From: Vicugna vicugna
Lineage: Eukaryota
Assembly (NCBI GenBank): GCA_013265495.1
Contig: MU058793.1
Span: 796,060 to 860,059 of the forward strand
Reading direction: 5' to 3'
DNA length: 64,000 nucleotides
The notes under the pieces: model-generated
What the model was told of the DNA's origin: nothing
Seen by the model: only the letters and a program-made list of their open reading frames with translations
Database searches by the model: none
Translations under genes and position numbers: made by a program
Part shown: in pieces, positions 29,180 to 42,586 of the stretch
Layout of the letters: each line of letters starts with the position of its first letter
How positions within the stretch are numbered: the first letter of the stretch is position 1

Positions 29180-29562
29180 TGGTGGTTTTAAAATATGTCC
29201 ACCAATTCTGCAACACACCTCCCTCCAAAAAGGTAGCCTCTGATTACCTTCCATTTGAGTGCACGCTGGGCTTGGTGACTCTCTTCCAACAAACAGAATA
29301 TTGCAAAGGTGACAATGGGTGATAAGGTCATAAGAGTCTTCACAGCCGCCCCCTTGCTCTCTCTCTGATTGCTTGTTCTGGGTGAAGTTGCTTCAGTGTC
29401 AAGAGCAACTCTACAGAGTCCATATGACAAGGAACACAAGCCTCCTGCCACGTAGGTGAGCCACTCTGGAAGCATCCTCCAGCCCTAGTCAAGCCTTCAA
29501 ATGACTGAACCCAACCAACAGCTCAACTGCAACCCCACGAGAAACGCTGAGTCAGAACCACC
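29180..29562. mobile_element. MLT1-like MaLR LTR
   Basis: ...ggaagcatcctccagccctagtcaagccttcaaatgactg...caactgcaaccc...ctgagtcagaaccaccc. Confidence 0.75.
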
Positions 29563-29574
29563 CTTTTGTTCTTC

Positions 29575-30420
29575 GGCAAACATTCTCTGAGCCCTCGCTG
29601 TGTGCTACGCAGTGTTCTAGATTCTGGGAACACAGCAGGGACAAGTCAGAGAGAGCGCCTGGTTTCACAGCAAAAACATACTAATAGACTAAACTAACAA
29701 GTGGATCAAAACAAATGGGATCCCTTCGGAGCATTATAAAAGAGATTAAACAGGATAATAGGATAAATAATGCCTAGGAGGACCAGTCTACATGGGGAAG
29801 TGGCGGGAGGCCAGCAGGAGCTCTCTGAGGAGTGACATCTGGACTGAGACTTGAAGAAGTCAAAGACCTGGAAAAAAGTGTTCTGGAAAGAGGGAACAGC
29901 AAGGGTGAAATCGCTGAGGCAGGAAAGAGTTCGGCAGTTCAGGAATAAGAACATCCAGGCACTGGAGTGAGTGTGGAGACTACGCCATTTGATAAATCCA
30001 AAAAGGTATCAAAAGAGACCAGAGCATGCAAGGCTCTGTAAACCAATGGAAGGAGTGGTTTTAATTCCACAGGAAGTGGGAAGTCAATGGAAGAATTTAA
30101 GCTGGGACGTGACACAATCCAACGTGCATCTCTGAAAGGTCACTCTAGCTGCTGTGTAGAAGGATGCCCTCGAGGGGCATAATTCATTAGCCTTGTAACC
30201 CTCAGGGCTTCACTCAGGAGGTCACAGGCCATGGCTGGCCTGGGGTGGAAGTGGGAAAGATGAAATGAAGAAATGGATTTAAGTTTTTAGTGTAGAATAA
30301 ATAGAATGAATGCTGAGAGATCGGACTTGGGGGAGGATCAAAGAGGGTTATGGGCTTGAGCAACAGGAAGGAGAGTAGAGCTAGTGACTGAGATACTGAA
30401 GACTCAGGTGGAAACAGGTG
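29575..30420. mobile_element. L2 relic
   Basis: tgtgtgctacgcagtgttctagattctgggaacacagca...ctgaaaggtcactctagctgctgtgtagaagg. Confidence 0.7.
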
Positions 30421-31430
30421 TGAATTCTACCTGTGTGACTCAGGCCTCAGCTGGTTACAGCTTCCGTGGCCAATGAGACCAGACTTATAGATGAAACCAT
30501 ACTATGGATCAAGGAAGGTTGCTAGGTCATATAATGCATTACAACTTGTTAAAAGTGCATTAACATAAGTTACACATTTGAAGCCCACAATTCTATGAGG
30601 TAATCGAGATGAACGTTTATATTTCCATTCTGCAGATGAGGTAAACTGATGTTCAGAACAGTTACATAGCTTACATAACATCGCCAGCTACAAAGAAGCT
30701 ACACTGGGCTTCTTAAAGGGGGAGCAGATGACCATTTGGAAAACGCTTTGTGCTGAACTGTTTCCTGCACGCTCAGCATCCTTGGATCCTGTCCACTAAA
30801 TGCTAATGGGGACCTCCCCCCTCACCCATCCACCACCCAATCATAGTGACAACCAGACGCACTTCCAAACTCTCCTTAAGGGGGCAGTACCACACACACA
30901 CCATGGTTAGTAACTGTTACCTGACCCTCTCTGCGCACGCACGCATACACACACACACACACGCCCTTTCAAAATTAAAAAGCAACCTTATCCAGCTGCC
31001 CTTCCCTGAATTAACTTGTTCAGGGAGCCCTTCCTTTCTTCCAGGCACTTGCTAGTGCTGAGGATACAGAGATGGATGGACCTTGTGCCTAATTTCCATG
31101 ACTTCTCAGTCGGGTAAGGAGCTCACGATCCCTGCAATATGTAGAGAAAAAATTTCGGAAGGTTTTTCCAAGCCCGATCTCATGCAAAATCTCCACTCTG
31201 TAACATGAATTCCTTCCTGCTGGTGATAAACAAATATCAGGAGTTTGAATACACAAACACATCATACAGAAGAGGATTCTGAAACCTCAGGCAAAATATT
31301 ATAATATTTTCATGGGCTGCCCAAATTCCAAGCATTAGATTTGATGAACAGCTTTATTGAATTTTGTAGATAAATATTTAAAGCCTTCAAGGGCTTGTGT
31401 AAATCACACCTAGGCAGACGCACTTGCTCA

Positions 31431-31446
31431 CAGCGCCATCTGCTGG
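31431..31446 (-). promoter_or_regulatory. Predicted CTCF binding site
   Basis: Minus strand reads CCAGCAGATGGCGCTG, matching the CTCF core consensus CCASYAGRKGGCRS, within a locally CpG-richer patch. Confidence 0.7.
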
Positions 31447-32339
31447 TATCTGGTGGTGTTGCGCAGGGAAATGAATGGGTCGCGAGGACTCCACTGAGAG
31501 CGCTGAAAGGCGGGTCTGGGGGGCTCAGGCCACTAGCTCTGGCCCGAGAACCCAGATCCCGAGCAGACCAACCCCACGGCACCTCCTCAGGAGCCTCGGG
31601 GTGTCCAAGAGCAAAAATTTTCGAAATCAACGTGGGTGAAGGAAGCAGAGGGAGGCGGGTATGAAGGAGAGGCAAGAATATCTTGTTTTTCAGAAGAATT
31701 TTGGAAACACAGTGCCCTCCAGAGGTCATAAAGCCCTTCCCCCTGCTCCAGGCAGAGAAGTCTCTGGAACCTTCAGGAGAGGAGAGTTCCCAATCCCCCA
31801 CGGTACGACCTCCCAGGATCCTTTGCTCCATTGCTTCCCTGACACTTATCCTATAAAGGGATGACGCACAGCTCTTTAAAAAAAAAAAATCGTTTACTGG
31901 AAGCATATTTAATAGTATACAAAGTGTTCATGCAGCCAGAGTGTGTGGGGAAAATAACAAAACAGAAGGGGGATGTGTGTACAGGATATGCACCAAAGTA
32001 TTGGCAATGTGTATCTCTAATGGTGAGAATAAGGGTAATTTTTAAAATTTCCTTCCTTGCCATTTCCTATATTTTCCAAATTTTCTCTAATAAACATGTA
32101 TCGCTTTTTAAGAAGAAAAAGAAATCTTAGGGGAAAAATACCACCCCAAAAATAAATTATTCCTTTCCTCTCACCAGCTGCATTGCAATTTCATTCCCTC
32201 TGGTTTTACCCACAGGATAAGTAGGTTAACATAATTATTAATAATGATGATGATAACCATTCACAATTAAGTATTTACTACATAAGTCTGTGCATGTGAA
32301 GCATCTACCCCAGTGGTAAAAGCTGAGTTCATATGAGTT

Positions 32340-32400
32340 GCTGTTGTTGTTGTTGTTGTTATTATTATTATTATTATTATTATCTTCATCATCATCATTA
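32340..32400. repeat. (TGT)n(TAT)n(CAT)n compound trinucleotide repeat
   Basis: Read directly from the sequence. Confidence 0.95.
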
Positions 32401-33439
32401 GCCTTCTCTAAAATAATAAACACCAACCTCAGAAACTCACAGTTTACATGGAGCAATAAAAACAATGTATAATAGTTTCCAATGCTATAAGAAAGTGATG
32501 TGATAAATCAAATAGGAAGTGATGCCTCTCAGACTTCTATTCAAGGCAAGCACTCTTGGCTGTAAGAGATTCACTCACTCTAGCTCAACTGAAGAATATT
32601 CTCAGAATTATCTCTTGAAACTCAAAGGTACAAATCAAAGCACAGTTAGGCCCCCAGGAACTGAAAATGGGAACCCAGGAAGACTCAGGTTTCCCTCCTT
32701 CTTCTCACCTCAATTTCTTTCTATATCCCACTCTCTTACGAAGCTGCACCATCTTGCTCACAGCTTGTAATATCTATTCCCAAACTGTCCCTTCCACCCC
32801 TTTTTATACCCTGTGCATAATAGCTGGCCTGCTCAGTTTCTGTCTCCCCAATCCGATTCCTAAGTGGAGAATTTGACTGACCTGGCTCATCATGTTTCCA
32901 TACCAGACCACTCAGATCACTTATCATTGGCCAGCCAACGGATGAATTACCCTGGATCAGGTTCTCACTGCTAGTGCAATCAACTTGGTAAGAGGAATTG
33001 GCACAGGTGGTACCAAACACAGCACTGCCAGCATCAGCTGTGGTGAAAGGTCACAGTATGGGCAGAGGAGGCAATGACTGACATTTCTAGAATAGTACAC
33101 ATTTGTTTCCATTTGTTCACAAGGTTTCTTTCCCATCTGTCCTCATAGATCCATTCTTCTGTGAGTGTTTGATGCTCAAATAGTAATGAAGGAAAAGTCT
33201 TTGCCACAGGTTGGGTTTCCCCAGAAGCAGATTCTGAGATAGAGATGTGGATACAGGAGGGTGATTTGCACCTACTCTTGGGATCAACACTAGAGAAGGG
33301 AAGGTAAAGAAGCAGGTCTTCTAGAGGGGGAGGTCAAGCTGCAATGAGATCTCAAAAGACATTTGGGGGACCCTGTGGGGAGTCCTAAAAGTGGGTGTAC
33401 CCAACAAAGCTGTCCCTAGCTGGGGCAAGAGACACTTTT

Positions 33440-34735
33440 TACCCCCAACACTGAACAGTCACATCCTCAGACAAGTTACTCCTAAAAAATTCTATTTTAT
33501 GACAGACCCCTGGATCATCACAGATTTTTCTCTCTCCCTCTCTGGAGTTCATTTGTCCTATCAGGGCCTCCAACATGCTAGCCACTTCTTGCTTATCTAG
33601 TCTGATTAGCGTAATGTTATCAATATAGCAGACCAATGAGCTATTCTGTGGGATGTCCAAGCAGCCTAGAACTATTCAGAGCATATTACGATAGAAGGTA
33701 GAGAATTAACATAGTCCTGGAGCAAAACTGTAAATGTATACTGTTGACCATTCCACGTGAAAGCAGACTGCTTCTGGTCCTCTTTTCTGATAGGGAATGA
33801 AAAGGACATATTTGCCAGATCAGTGGTTACATACCATGTGTCTGTGTATACTAACCATGTCTTTTATTCTCTGTATTCTGATGCTTTGACATCTGAGGCT
33901 TTGCTGACCATAGAGTCCCCCCCCCCCAGGGTTAGTCAGGTCCTAGAGACAGTGAACAATTTGCCCACCAGCATGCTTTTCAAATGCTAACCAACCAATC
34001 CAGCACCTACACCTTCAACCACCTCCTTTATTGAGCTCTCACATTCTGGACCACTAACAGCCCCTGTGCCCAGAGCCCATGGAAATTATTCAAACTAGCC
34101 AATCCTAAACCTGCTTACCCTGCTTCATCCATTCCTTCCCAAGGAAACCACAATGGAGACTCTTGCCCACATTTCCCCCAATTCCCTCTGCCTCCTGACC
34201 ACTCTGGTGCTTCCCCGTGTGGCCCCTTGTGGTGTGGCATACCCCTCCTCTTGGGAATTGTGAATAACATGCTATTTTTCAATACTAGTTGTCTTCTAAT
34301 CTGTTGGCCTTACTAAACCTCAGATTTTCTATAAATACACTGTATTGGAGAACAGTGTCCTTCTTAATTGGCTCTGGCAAAGATACCACATCTGACATAG
34401 TAGCTTCAAGTGGGGGCTCCTACTTGCTTGAGGTTGCAGTAACCCACTGTCATCTTTCAGAATCCATCTGATTTCGCAAGGGCCACACTAATCAGTTGAA
34501 TGGAGATAAGATGGGGACCACCACCTCTGCATTCTTTAGGTCTTTAGAGTGGCACTGATTTCTACCATCCCCCTTGGGATGGGTTATTATCTTTAATTGA
34601 TTATCTTTTCCAGGGTTGGGAAATGAGAGGCAGTTTCAGAGCCTTCCACTTGACCTTCTAACCTATGATAACTCTTACCCCATAGACCAAGGACTGAATG
34701 TATGGATTAAACCAACCATGAATTATGTCTATCCC
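33440..34735 (-). mobile_element. ERV-L internal pol (reverse transcriptase) relic interrupted by an LTR
   Basis: Minus-strand translation gives QKQSAFTWNGQQYTFTVL and DIPQNSSLVCYIDNITLI (decayed YIDD motif); upstream ERV-L pol-like sequence resumes after 34340. Confidence 0.85.
33845..34339 (+). mobile_element. MER74-like LTR nested in the ERV-L pol relic
   Basis: tctgatgctttgacatctg...aaattattcaaactagccaatcctaa...ctggtgcttccccgtgtggccc matches the recalled MER74 consensus. Confidence 0.75.
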
Positions 34736-34739
34736 AATT

Positions 34740-35395
34740 ATACATTTGAAAACTTGAGTAGAGAAGAGGGAACCCTTGTACGCTGTTGGTAGGAATCTAA
34801 ATTGGTGCAGCCACTGTGGAAAACAGTATGGAGGTTCCTTAAAAAGCTAAAAGTAGAACTACTATATGATCCAGCACTTCCACTCCTGGATATATAACCA
34901 AAGAAAACAAAAACACTAATTAGAAAAGATACATGCACTCCATTGTTCATAACAGCATTATTTACAAAAGCCAAAACATGGAAGCAACGTGTCTTTCAGC
35001 AGATTAAATTATTAAAAGATGTGGCATATGGGGGTGGAGGTTATAGCTGAGTGGTAGAGTGCATGCTTGACCTGTAAAAGGTCCTAGGTTCAATCCCCAG
35101 TGCCTCCATTAAGGGAAAAAAATTAAATATGAAATAAAATTTTTAAAAAAATTTTAAAAGATGTGCTGTATGTATAAAATGGAATACTACTTGGCCATAA
35201 AAAAGAATGAAATTCTGCCATTCATGTCAACGTGAATGGACCTGGAGAATATTATGCTTAGTGAAATAAGTCAGACAGAGAAAGACAAATACTCTATGTG
35301 ATCACTTATAGATGGGATCTAAAAAATAAAACAAACAAATGTGTATAACAAAACAAACAGACTCACAGATATAGAGAACAAACTAGTGGTTATCT
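34740..35395 (+). mobile_element. L1 3' fragment
   Basis: tggtgcagccactgtggaaaacagtatggagg...atgcttagtgaaataagtcagacagagaaagacaaata. Confidence 0.9.
35030..35153 (+). mobile_element. tRNA-derived SINE (vic-1-like) inserted in L1
   Basis: A and B boxes; imperfect TSD ttaaaagatgtggcatatg / ttaaaagatgtgctgtatg. Confidence 0.88.
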
Positions 35396-36439
35396 AGGAG
35401 CCACCACCAGTCTTCTCGTGTCCCTTTCACCAGCACGTTTCTTCTTTCATTTCTAAATAGTGTATCCTTCAAATCTTTCCATGGCACACAATCTTGTGAG
35501 TTTCCTACTCTTACTCTGAGGCTCTCAGTCCTCTTTGTACCACCTTCCATGAAAATTCTGGCAATCCCACCTCACTTACCATGGACCATTTCTTTTTCCA
35601 TGCTTAGGTCCACATCATCTCCTGGGTCACCACCCCATCCCTCTGTTGGCTTCCCAACAATTCCATCATCTGTGTAACTACTTTTTGCATTAAATTCCCT
35701 CATTTTAAGTCCTTAGAGGTGTTTCTGTTTTCCTGGTTAGACCTAAATGATTCTCCACTCAACAACTCCAGATTAAAACTTTCTAAGGCAAGGAACCACC
35801 TGTTGTCCATCTTTGAGGCATCTAACTAAGCACCTGATATTTAATCAGTTCTCAGTAGACGTTTGATTAATTTACTGGGCAACATTTACATAGAGGATAA
35901 TTTCTCCGGTTACAAATGTCTGCCATGTGTGTAGTGAAAGGTAAGCTTCTTAACGTATTGTGAAGCATCATCCTTTGAAAAAAAGATTTAGAAAGATTCC
36001 TGCCTTCAATTGAAAAAGAATGTTTTAAATTCCTTTCAAAGATAATGAACTGGCAAACCCTCCTTCCATTATAGCTGTGTTTGTATGTCTGTTATAGTCA
36101 TTAACATTTCTTCAGAAAGCCACAACTCCGGAAAAAATCAATGTCTAATGTCACCCCCACAATATAGGCACAATTTCCTCTTCTCTTCTACTCCTATCAC
36201 TGTTTCATGATGTTTTTCCTTTCTACCATTAAATCTGGAACTATAGGAAACTTTAGCCATTTCCTAATCCAATTCCTTTATAAGTGAACAAGCAAAAATA
36301 GCCAAAGAAGACAAATGATTTGTCCAAAGTCACAAAGCTATGAGGTCTAAAACTTAGTTAGGGCTCCTGATTACCAGCATTGTTTTCTTTTTACCACCCA
36401 CCCCACCAACCTTCCTGGAATCACCCAGTTTTGCAGCTC

Positions 36440-37790
36440 AGTGAAACACCAAAGAAGACATAGAAAGATTATAGATTTAAACTCAAATATAATCTACAGT
36501 TACATTAAGTATAGATGGGCTCATTATTCCAATTAAAAGACATAATTTCAATAGGATATTCTTAAATTATAAGTTGTTTACAAAGGGGATATATAAAAAT
36601 ATAAGGATAAAGAAAGCTCTTGACACAACACTGTAAAATGATTATGAATCAATAAAAAAAGTAAAAAAAAAAGAAAGCTCAAAAAGTGGGCAGAAAATAT
36701 ACCATATAAACATTAAATTTTTACAAGGTGGTATAACTATATTAATATCAGATAAAGTAGACTTTAAAGCAAAAAGTCTTAACCTAACGATAGACTTTTC
36801 AATTCATTCTGAAGATACAGTAAGTAGAAATGCTTGTGTACATAAAAACATAGCCTTGAAATATATAAAAAACAGAAACTGACAAGATGCAAAAGATACA
36901 AAAACACAATCACTGTGGAAGATCTCAATAACAGCTTACAGAACAAACAAAAAATCAGTAAAAATCTAGATATGAACAATACAATTTCAAAAGTGACTTA
37001 ATGGATAGAACACTGAAACCAATAACTACAGAAAACACACATGTTATTTCCAAGAACATTTAGAATATTTACAAATTTTGCTGGTCCATGAAGCAAGTCT
37101 CAAGAAATTTCTGAGGACTGAAACCATTACAGTATATTTACTGACCCCAATACAAGAAATCAACTTCAAAAAAAAGAAAAAACTAGAAAAATCCATTAAG
37201 TTTGAAAATTTTCAAATATACTTCTAAATAATTCATTGGTCAGAAAATTAAGTGGAAATTTATACATATTTTAAATAAATGATAAAACCAATGTATAATA
37301 AATGATTACTATACATTAATATAAGTTATATGTAGGCATAAATACTTATGAGCTGCAGAGAAGTGCATGGTTTAAGAAAAATTCATTGCTTTATTAGAAA
37401 AAGAGAAAGATGTACAAAGGGCTAAGCATATGAATAAGATAGAAAAAGAAAAACAAAGGAGGTATAAAGAAATATAGAAATAGAAATTAAGGAAATAGTA
37501 AAGAAACATCAATAAAGAAAACCAGCAGAGCCAAAAGTTATTCTTGGAGAAACCACTAAAATTAATAAAAACATAGTAAGACCCAAAGAAAAGTACATAG
37601 AAGGCACAAATACTCAAAGTCAGAAATTAAAAATGAGGCATTACTACAGATTTTATAAGCATTAAAAAATAAGAGGACATTATGAACAAATTCATGCCAA
37701 TAAATTTGAAATAGATTTAGTTGAATGGACAAATTCCAACCATAACTTAAGAAGAGATGGAAAAAGGAAATCTGAATGGTCTTATAACAT
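36440..37790 (+). mobile_element. Degraded L1 ORF2 endonuclease region
   Basis: ccaattaaaagaca...ctatattaatatcagataaagtagactttaaagcaaa...tatgaacaaattcatgccaataaatttgaaa. Confidence 0.85.
36620..36669 (+). mobile_element. Extremely truncated (~50 bp) young L1 3' end
   Basis: ttgacacaacactgtaaaatgattatgaatcaataaaaaaag plus A tail; perfect TSD aaagaaagctc at 36609-36619 and 36670-36680; similar terminus to 48056-48100. Confidence 0.85.
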
Positions 37791-38261
37791 TAACTTACAA
37801 AAAAATGGCCAATTTGCATCTGGACCCTTCAGCCCGGATTGTAGAAAAAACGCAGACTGGTGGTCTCTGGGCTGGCTCCTTTTGCAGACATTTAAAATTT
37901 TTTAACTTTGAATGCTTTTAGACTGGGCATGTGTTCCTCAGTTTACCTTAGATCTCACCAACTACTTCACTTTTTCAGGTTACCTGCCAGGGCCCTTAAG
38001 TTATTTAAGTTTGCAACACCTGAAATCATTCGAAATCATTAAGATTGTTCAAATTTCAGACAGTGGCATAAAATAAGATCTGTCTAATGCTGGTTTTCCA
38101 AATTAATCAAATTTAGACTATTTTACAGGTCCCTCTAAGTGAATTTTCTTATGGCAGGGGCAGAATTTGAGGCACGATATTACTGCTGCTTATAACTGGA
38201 CACATTTTGCATGTCCATAGATCCCTTTCAGTTGGTCTAATGCAACCATCATTAGCCAAAA

Positions 38262-38900
38262 TGTAACAGCAGGAAAGAACGATCCTCCCAACATTTCCTT
38301 CACTTCTGACATCAATGAAAAGTTTGAGAAGGTTTCCAAAACCACCGTGAGTTTCAATAATTCACTAGGAGGACATACAGAACTCACCGAAAACTTCTAT
38401 ACTCACAATTACACTTTATTATAGGAAAAGGATAGTTTAAAACCAGACAAAGGAATAGATGCGTACGGCAGAGTCTGAGAGGGTTACAAGTGTCCTCTAC
38501 TGTCCTTCTATTGTCCTCCTGCGTGGAGTCAGGATGCATTACTGTCCCAGGACTGATATGTGACAATATGCACAGAATACTGCCAACCAGGGAAGTTCAC
38601 CAGTGCTTTGGTGTTCAAAGTTTTTATCGGAGCTTCATTACATAGTCATGACTGCCTTAATTCTTGGACTTAATCTCCAAGTTAACTCTCCCACATGATG
38701 CAAACTCCCACCATAAATTCCATAGTTGGTCTTTCTGACATGGCTAAGACTTTCAGGTGGGACTAGTCTCATCCACAATCCAGTGTGGTGAGCCTCCAGC
38801 CTAAAAAAAAGACACTCCAATCATGTCTGACAAAGATTACCTCCCAGAAGCTGAGGGTAAAGCCAGAGCTCTCTGGGGGCAAAGCCAAATTTCTTACTAG
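38262..38900. mobile_element. MER21-like LTR
   Basis: cacttctgacatcaa...aataattcactaggaggac...tactgccaaccagggaag...gattacctcccagaagctgagggtaaagccag. Confidence 0.75.
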
Positions 38901-41338
38901 AAGGTACTAACTTATAAACGAGGATCCTTAATTCAGAGTCTCTGGAATCAGATCTATCAACCCATTTACAGGCAGACAGGAACATATGCAGAGACCAGTT
39001 TCAAAAAAGAGGCTAAAAAAAAAAAAACCCGGAGTAACCAAAATACAAAGTATCACCTTACTATAATGTTTCCACAGGAGACACTGTCTCATGATTCTTA
39101 ATGGTATACCCCTGAATAACTCACTTGAGATCCCAGCTGGTTTTCTAAAGCAATTTCAGCAAAATAAAAAGGTTAAGATACACTGAAAACTCACCCTGCC
39201 TCTTCCTATTAAACATAGCTTTAGTATCTCTTTTCTTCCCCAGAAATCTATGTTGAGAATGAAGGATATCTTTACCACAGAATAAGCAGCTCTATACCTT
39301 TGTTTTGTGGCTGACACCTCTCAGAAGGAAAAGAAATAATAATTTAACATGTCTCTTCTATTGAAGTTGCTTGACAACCAGACTACCCAGCCACAAAGAG
39401 ATCATGGCTGTCATAGAAACAAGCCTTGGGATTTTTCATAGTATTAGTCACATAACATCCCTCAATAAAGTGGTCATTCACTTTTTAAACATCTAACTTA
39501 AAAATCCTTATTTGTCAATGATTATATATTCTCCAGAAACATTATTGTAAAATTCTTTGTTTAGTAAGCTCTCCTTACGCATTTAAAATCTGATTTACAT
39601 TTGAGTTTTCAGGAGCACAGCATATTATATAGTAAGATATACCTTGCTGATTTGCTTAGCAGACTCTTTTTTTTTTCCCCATAAATGGTATAATGGTAAC
39701 ATTTAGCCCAGGCTGCCTTTGAATTATCACAGATTGTGAATTAATGGCATCTCTGTTTGGCATAGTATCTCATGCACAGTGAGTGTTAAATAAACATTTG
39801 TTGTATTGAATTGAATTTGTGCATGTTTTATTATACATCCGTGTTAAAGCTCTAAGAACTTGAGATAAGAGGCTAATGGGGTTGAGAGGGTAAAATGAGT
39901 TCAATTGTTTAATATCCAGGAATCTACATGAACGAATACCAGTTCCTCTGCCATGTGTTTTCTTGAGGGAAACCAAGTTTGATCAGCACTGATAAGACAA
40001 TAGAACGAATCATAGAGCCACTGTCACTTTTTTTCTAAACCCACAGTAACATATATATTCATCTTGTCAGACTGCTATATAAATAGATGAGGTAAAACAA
40101 CATGGCATTTGTTGTACCTCAATTACTTTCTTGTATAATGTCAAGAAGTAAAAGCTAACAAACCATAACTTTTCCTGACATTTCCTCCCTCAAGTGACCA
40201 ATGATGGATTTGCCTTAAAAAAGCATTCATCATTTTAAAGAAGGGTAGAGACAGTAGATTTCTTTGTGTTATTTTTCTTCCATTTTTTAAGCCAGCGTTT
40301 AAATTGAAAAGCCCAGCTCTCCCGCAGACGGAAACCAAACCTGGTTGATGAGATTACATGTTTCTAATCCTGGGGGACGTTTGAAGTCATCCAAGTAGAG
40401 AGGGTGTTTGCTGTCATCAATGGTCCAGATATGGAACTGAATTCCCAGAGAGGCCAAGAGGCCATCCTCACCATCACAGCACCCTCCTTCCCACTGCCTC
40501 CCACCCACCTTCCCATTAAACAGTGCATACTTTGCCAGGCAAATCTTTCATGTGGCCAGAACTAACAGCACAGCATGATTGTTAAGAACACTGGCACTTG
40601 AGTTTGAGGGACAAAGTTTCAAATACCATCACTACCACTTACTAGCTCTATGACTCTGCTAAAATTATTTAAGTTCTCTAAACCTCTTATCTTATCTGTA
40701 AAATAGAGACAGTAGTATCTAATTTCACAGAGTTACGGCAAAGGATAAAATTAGATGACATGTTGAAAGTGTTCACTTTTAAAGAGACTGTTGAAAAAAA
40801 AAAAAACAGTATCTATTAGAAAAGTCACTGTGCCCTCCATGAAAACAGGAACTATCGGGTTTATTCACCATATACATCCTCGGGGCCTAGCACAGAATTT
40901 GGTGCATAGGTGTTCAATATGGTCTGAAAGCATTAATGTATGGATATTATTATAATGATGACTTTTATTATAGTAGTATATTCCCTTTGGATGCCAGGGA
41001 TCAGTGTATCAAAATAATAATTATACCATTTATTTAGTATTATTAACTCTAGGCATAAGACATGATTTCGTATGTGTTCAATAATTTAGTCATCACAATA
41101 ACCCTAGGAGATAGATATTAGTCATTGTCTTCATTTTATAAATGAAGAAATTTAGGCACAGAGAGGTCAAATAATTTGTACAAAATTACACAGTGAGTAA
41201 GCAATGGAAAAAGGATTTAAGCCCAACAGCAAAGCATTAAATTATACTCTACCAGGAATTAGGGTAAGCCATTGTTCAAATAATAAGGATAATAACTACT
41301 ATTTGTTGAATACTTATGAAGTGACAGTCATCACTTCT

Positions 41339-41474
41339 ATTTAACATTCACAGTGATCTAAGGAATCATAATTACCCTCATTTTCCAGAAAAGGAAAGTG
41401 AGACTTTAATTTAACATTCACAGTGACCTGAGGAACCATAATTACCCTTGTATTTCAGAAGCAGAAAGTGAGAC
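41339..41474. repeat. Diverged 70-bp tandem duplication within a MIR
   Basis: atttaacattcacagtga...cataattaccct...gaaagtgagac repeats at 41339 and 41409. Confidence 0.9.
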
Positions 41475-41855
41475 GCAGATTGGTTAAACAAATTACCCAA
41501 GGGTACATGGCTAGAAAGTGGTTCAGCTAGGACTCAAATCCAGGTCTGTCTGATTACAAAGCCATGCTTTTTGAGCCCTGTGTTTGGTGGCATAGGTTGA
41601 GGGTGGACCTTGAATTCCACTGTCAGATATTTTATTGTGCTGGTTTGACAAAGACTGCTACGTGTTCACAGATGGGTTTCCTCTTCTTCCCAGGCACACA
41701 GCTAGACAACATTTTCCCTAGCAACTGGGTGTCATAAGCCTGATTTCTAACCAATGGAGCATGAGGGGAAATAATGAGTTTTACTTCCAGTCCTGATCAG
41801 TGGAAACATGCTTCCTTCCCTTTCTAGGTAAGAAGAGAATGACCAGGCTTTGAGT

Positions 41856-42086
41856 CAGGGCTCAGCAAACGCTGCCCCAAGAGCCAAATCCAGATAGCCA
41901 CCTCTTTTTGTAAATCGTGTTTTATTGGAACACAGCCAGACCCATTCATTTACATATTGTCTTTGGTTGCTTTCATGGTACAAGGGCAGTGTTGAGTAAC
42001 TGTGACAGAGACCATGCAGCATGCAAAGTCTAAAAGACTTACTATCTGGTTCTTTACCAAAAGAAAAAGACAAATTGCTGTCCCTG
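41856..42086 (+). mobile_element. MER58A-like hAT transposon nested in an MLT1-like LTR (about 41650-42260)
   Basis: cagggctcagcaaac...ttttattggaacacagcca...cattcatttacatattgtct...ttgctgtccctg. Confidence 0.85.
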
Positions 42087-42527
42087 GTCTAGAGACTAGC
42101 AGAGCCACAAGATGGAAGGAATCTGGGTTCCTCAGTGAGCTGCTCAAAGAGAGCTGCCCTGTCAACATGAACACCAATCCCAGACAGTTACTGATCAAGA
42201 AATAAATTTCTATGATGAGCCATGACATTCCCAGGTCTATTTGTTACAGAGCTATCCTACTGGAAGTTATTCACAGGACACTCTAGTTAGAGAAAATAAT
42301 AAATTACTTCCACTTGCAGAAAGAATAACCTCCCTGGACTTCCCAAAATGATCCACAGACCATCCTGCTGCTTCTCCATATCACTTAGCACTTACAATCA
42401 GCCACTGCACCCAGTAATGGAAGCACCTGCTTCTTTGGGAGAATATATGGGACACAAGCATCCCCATCGCCCTCAGGAGAAACCTGTCAATGTCAGCATT
42501 CTAACCTGGTATCTCTACTTCTTGGCA

Positions 42528-42586
42528 ATTTTTTTTTTGTTTTTTTTGTTTTTTTTGTTTTTTTTGTTTTTTTTTGTTTTTTTTTG
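42528..42586. repeat. (T8G)n simple repeat
   Basis: Read directly from the sequence. Confidence 0.95.

Noticed and set aside
31310..31906. Longest ORF in the track (198 aa)
   Set aside because: No recognisable domain, and overlapping ORFs on both strands reflect local GC richness.
32238..32465. Poly-Asn ORF
   Set aside because: It is a translation of a trinucleotide microsatellite.
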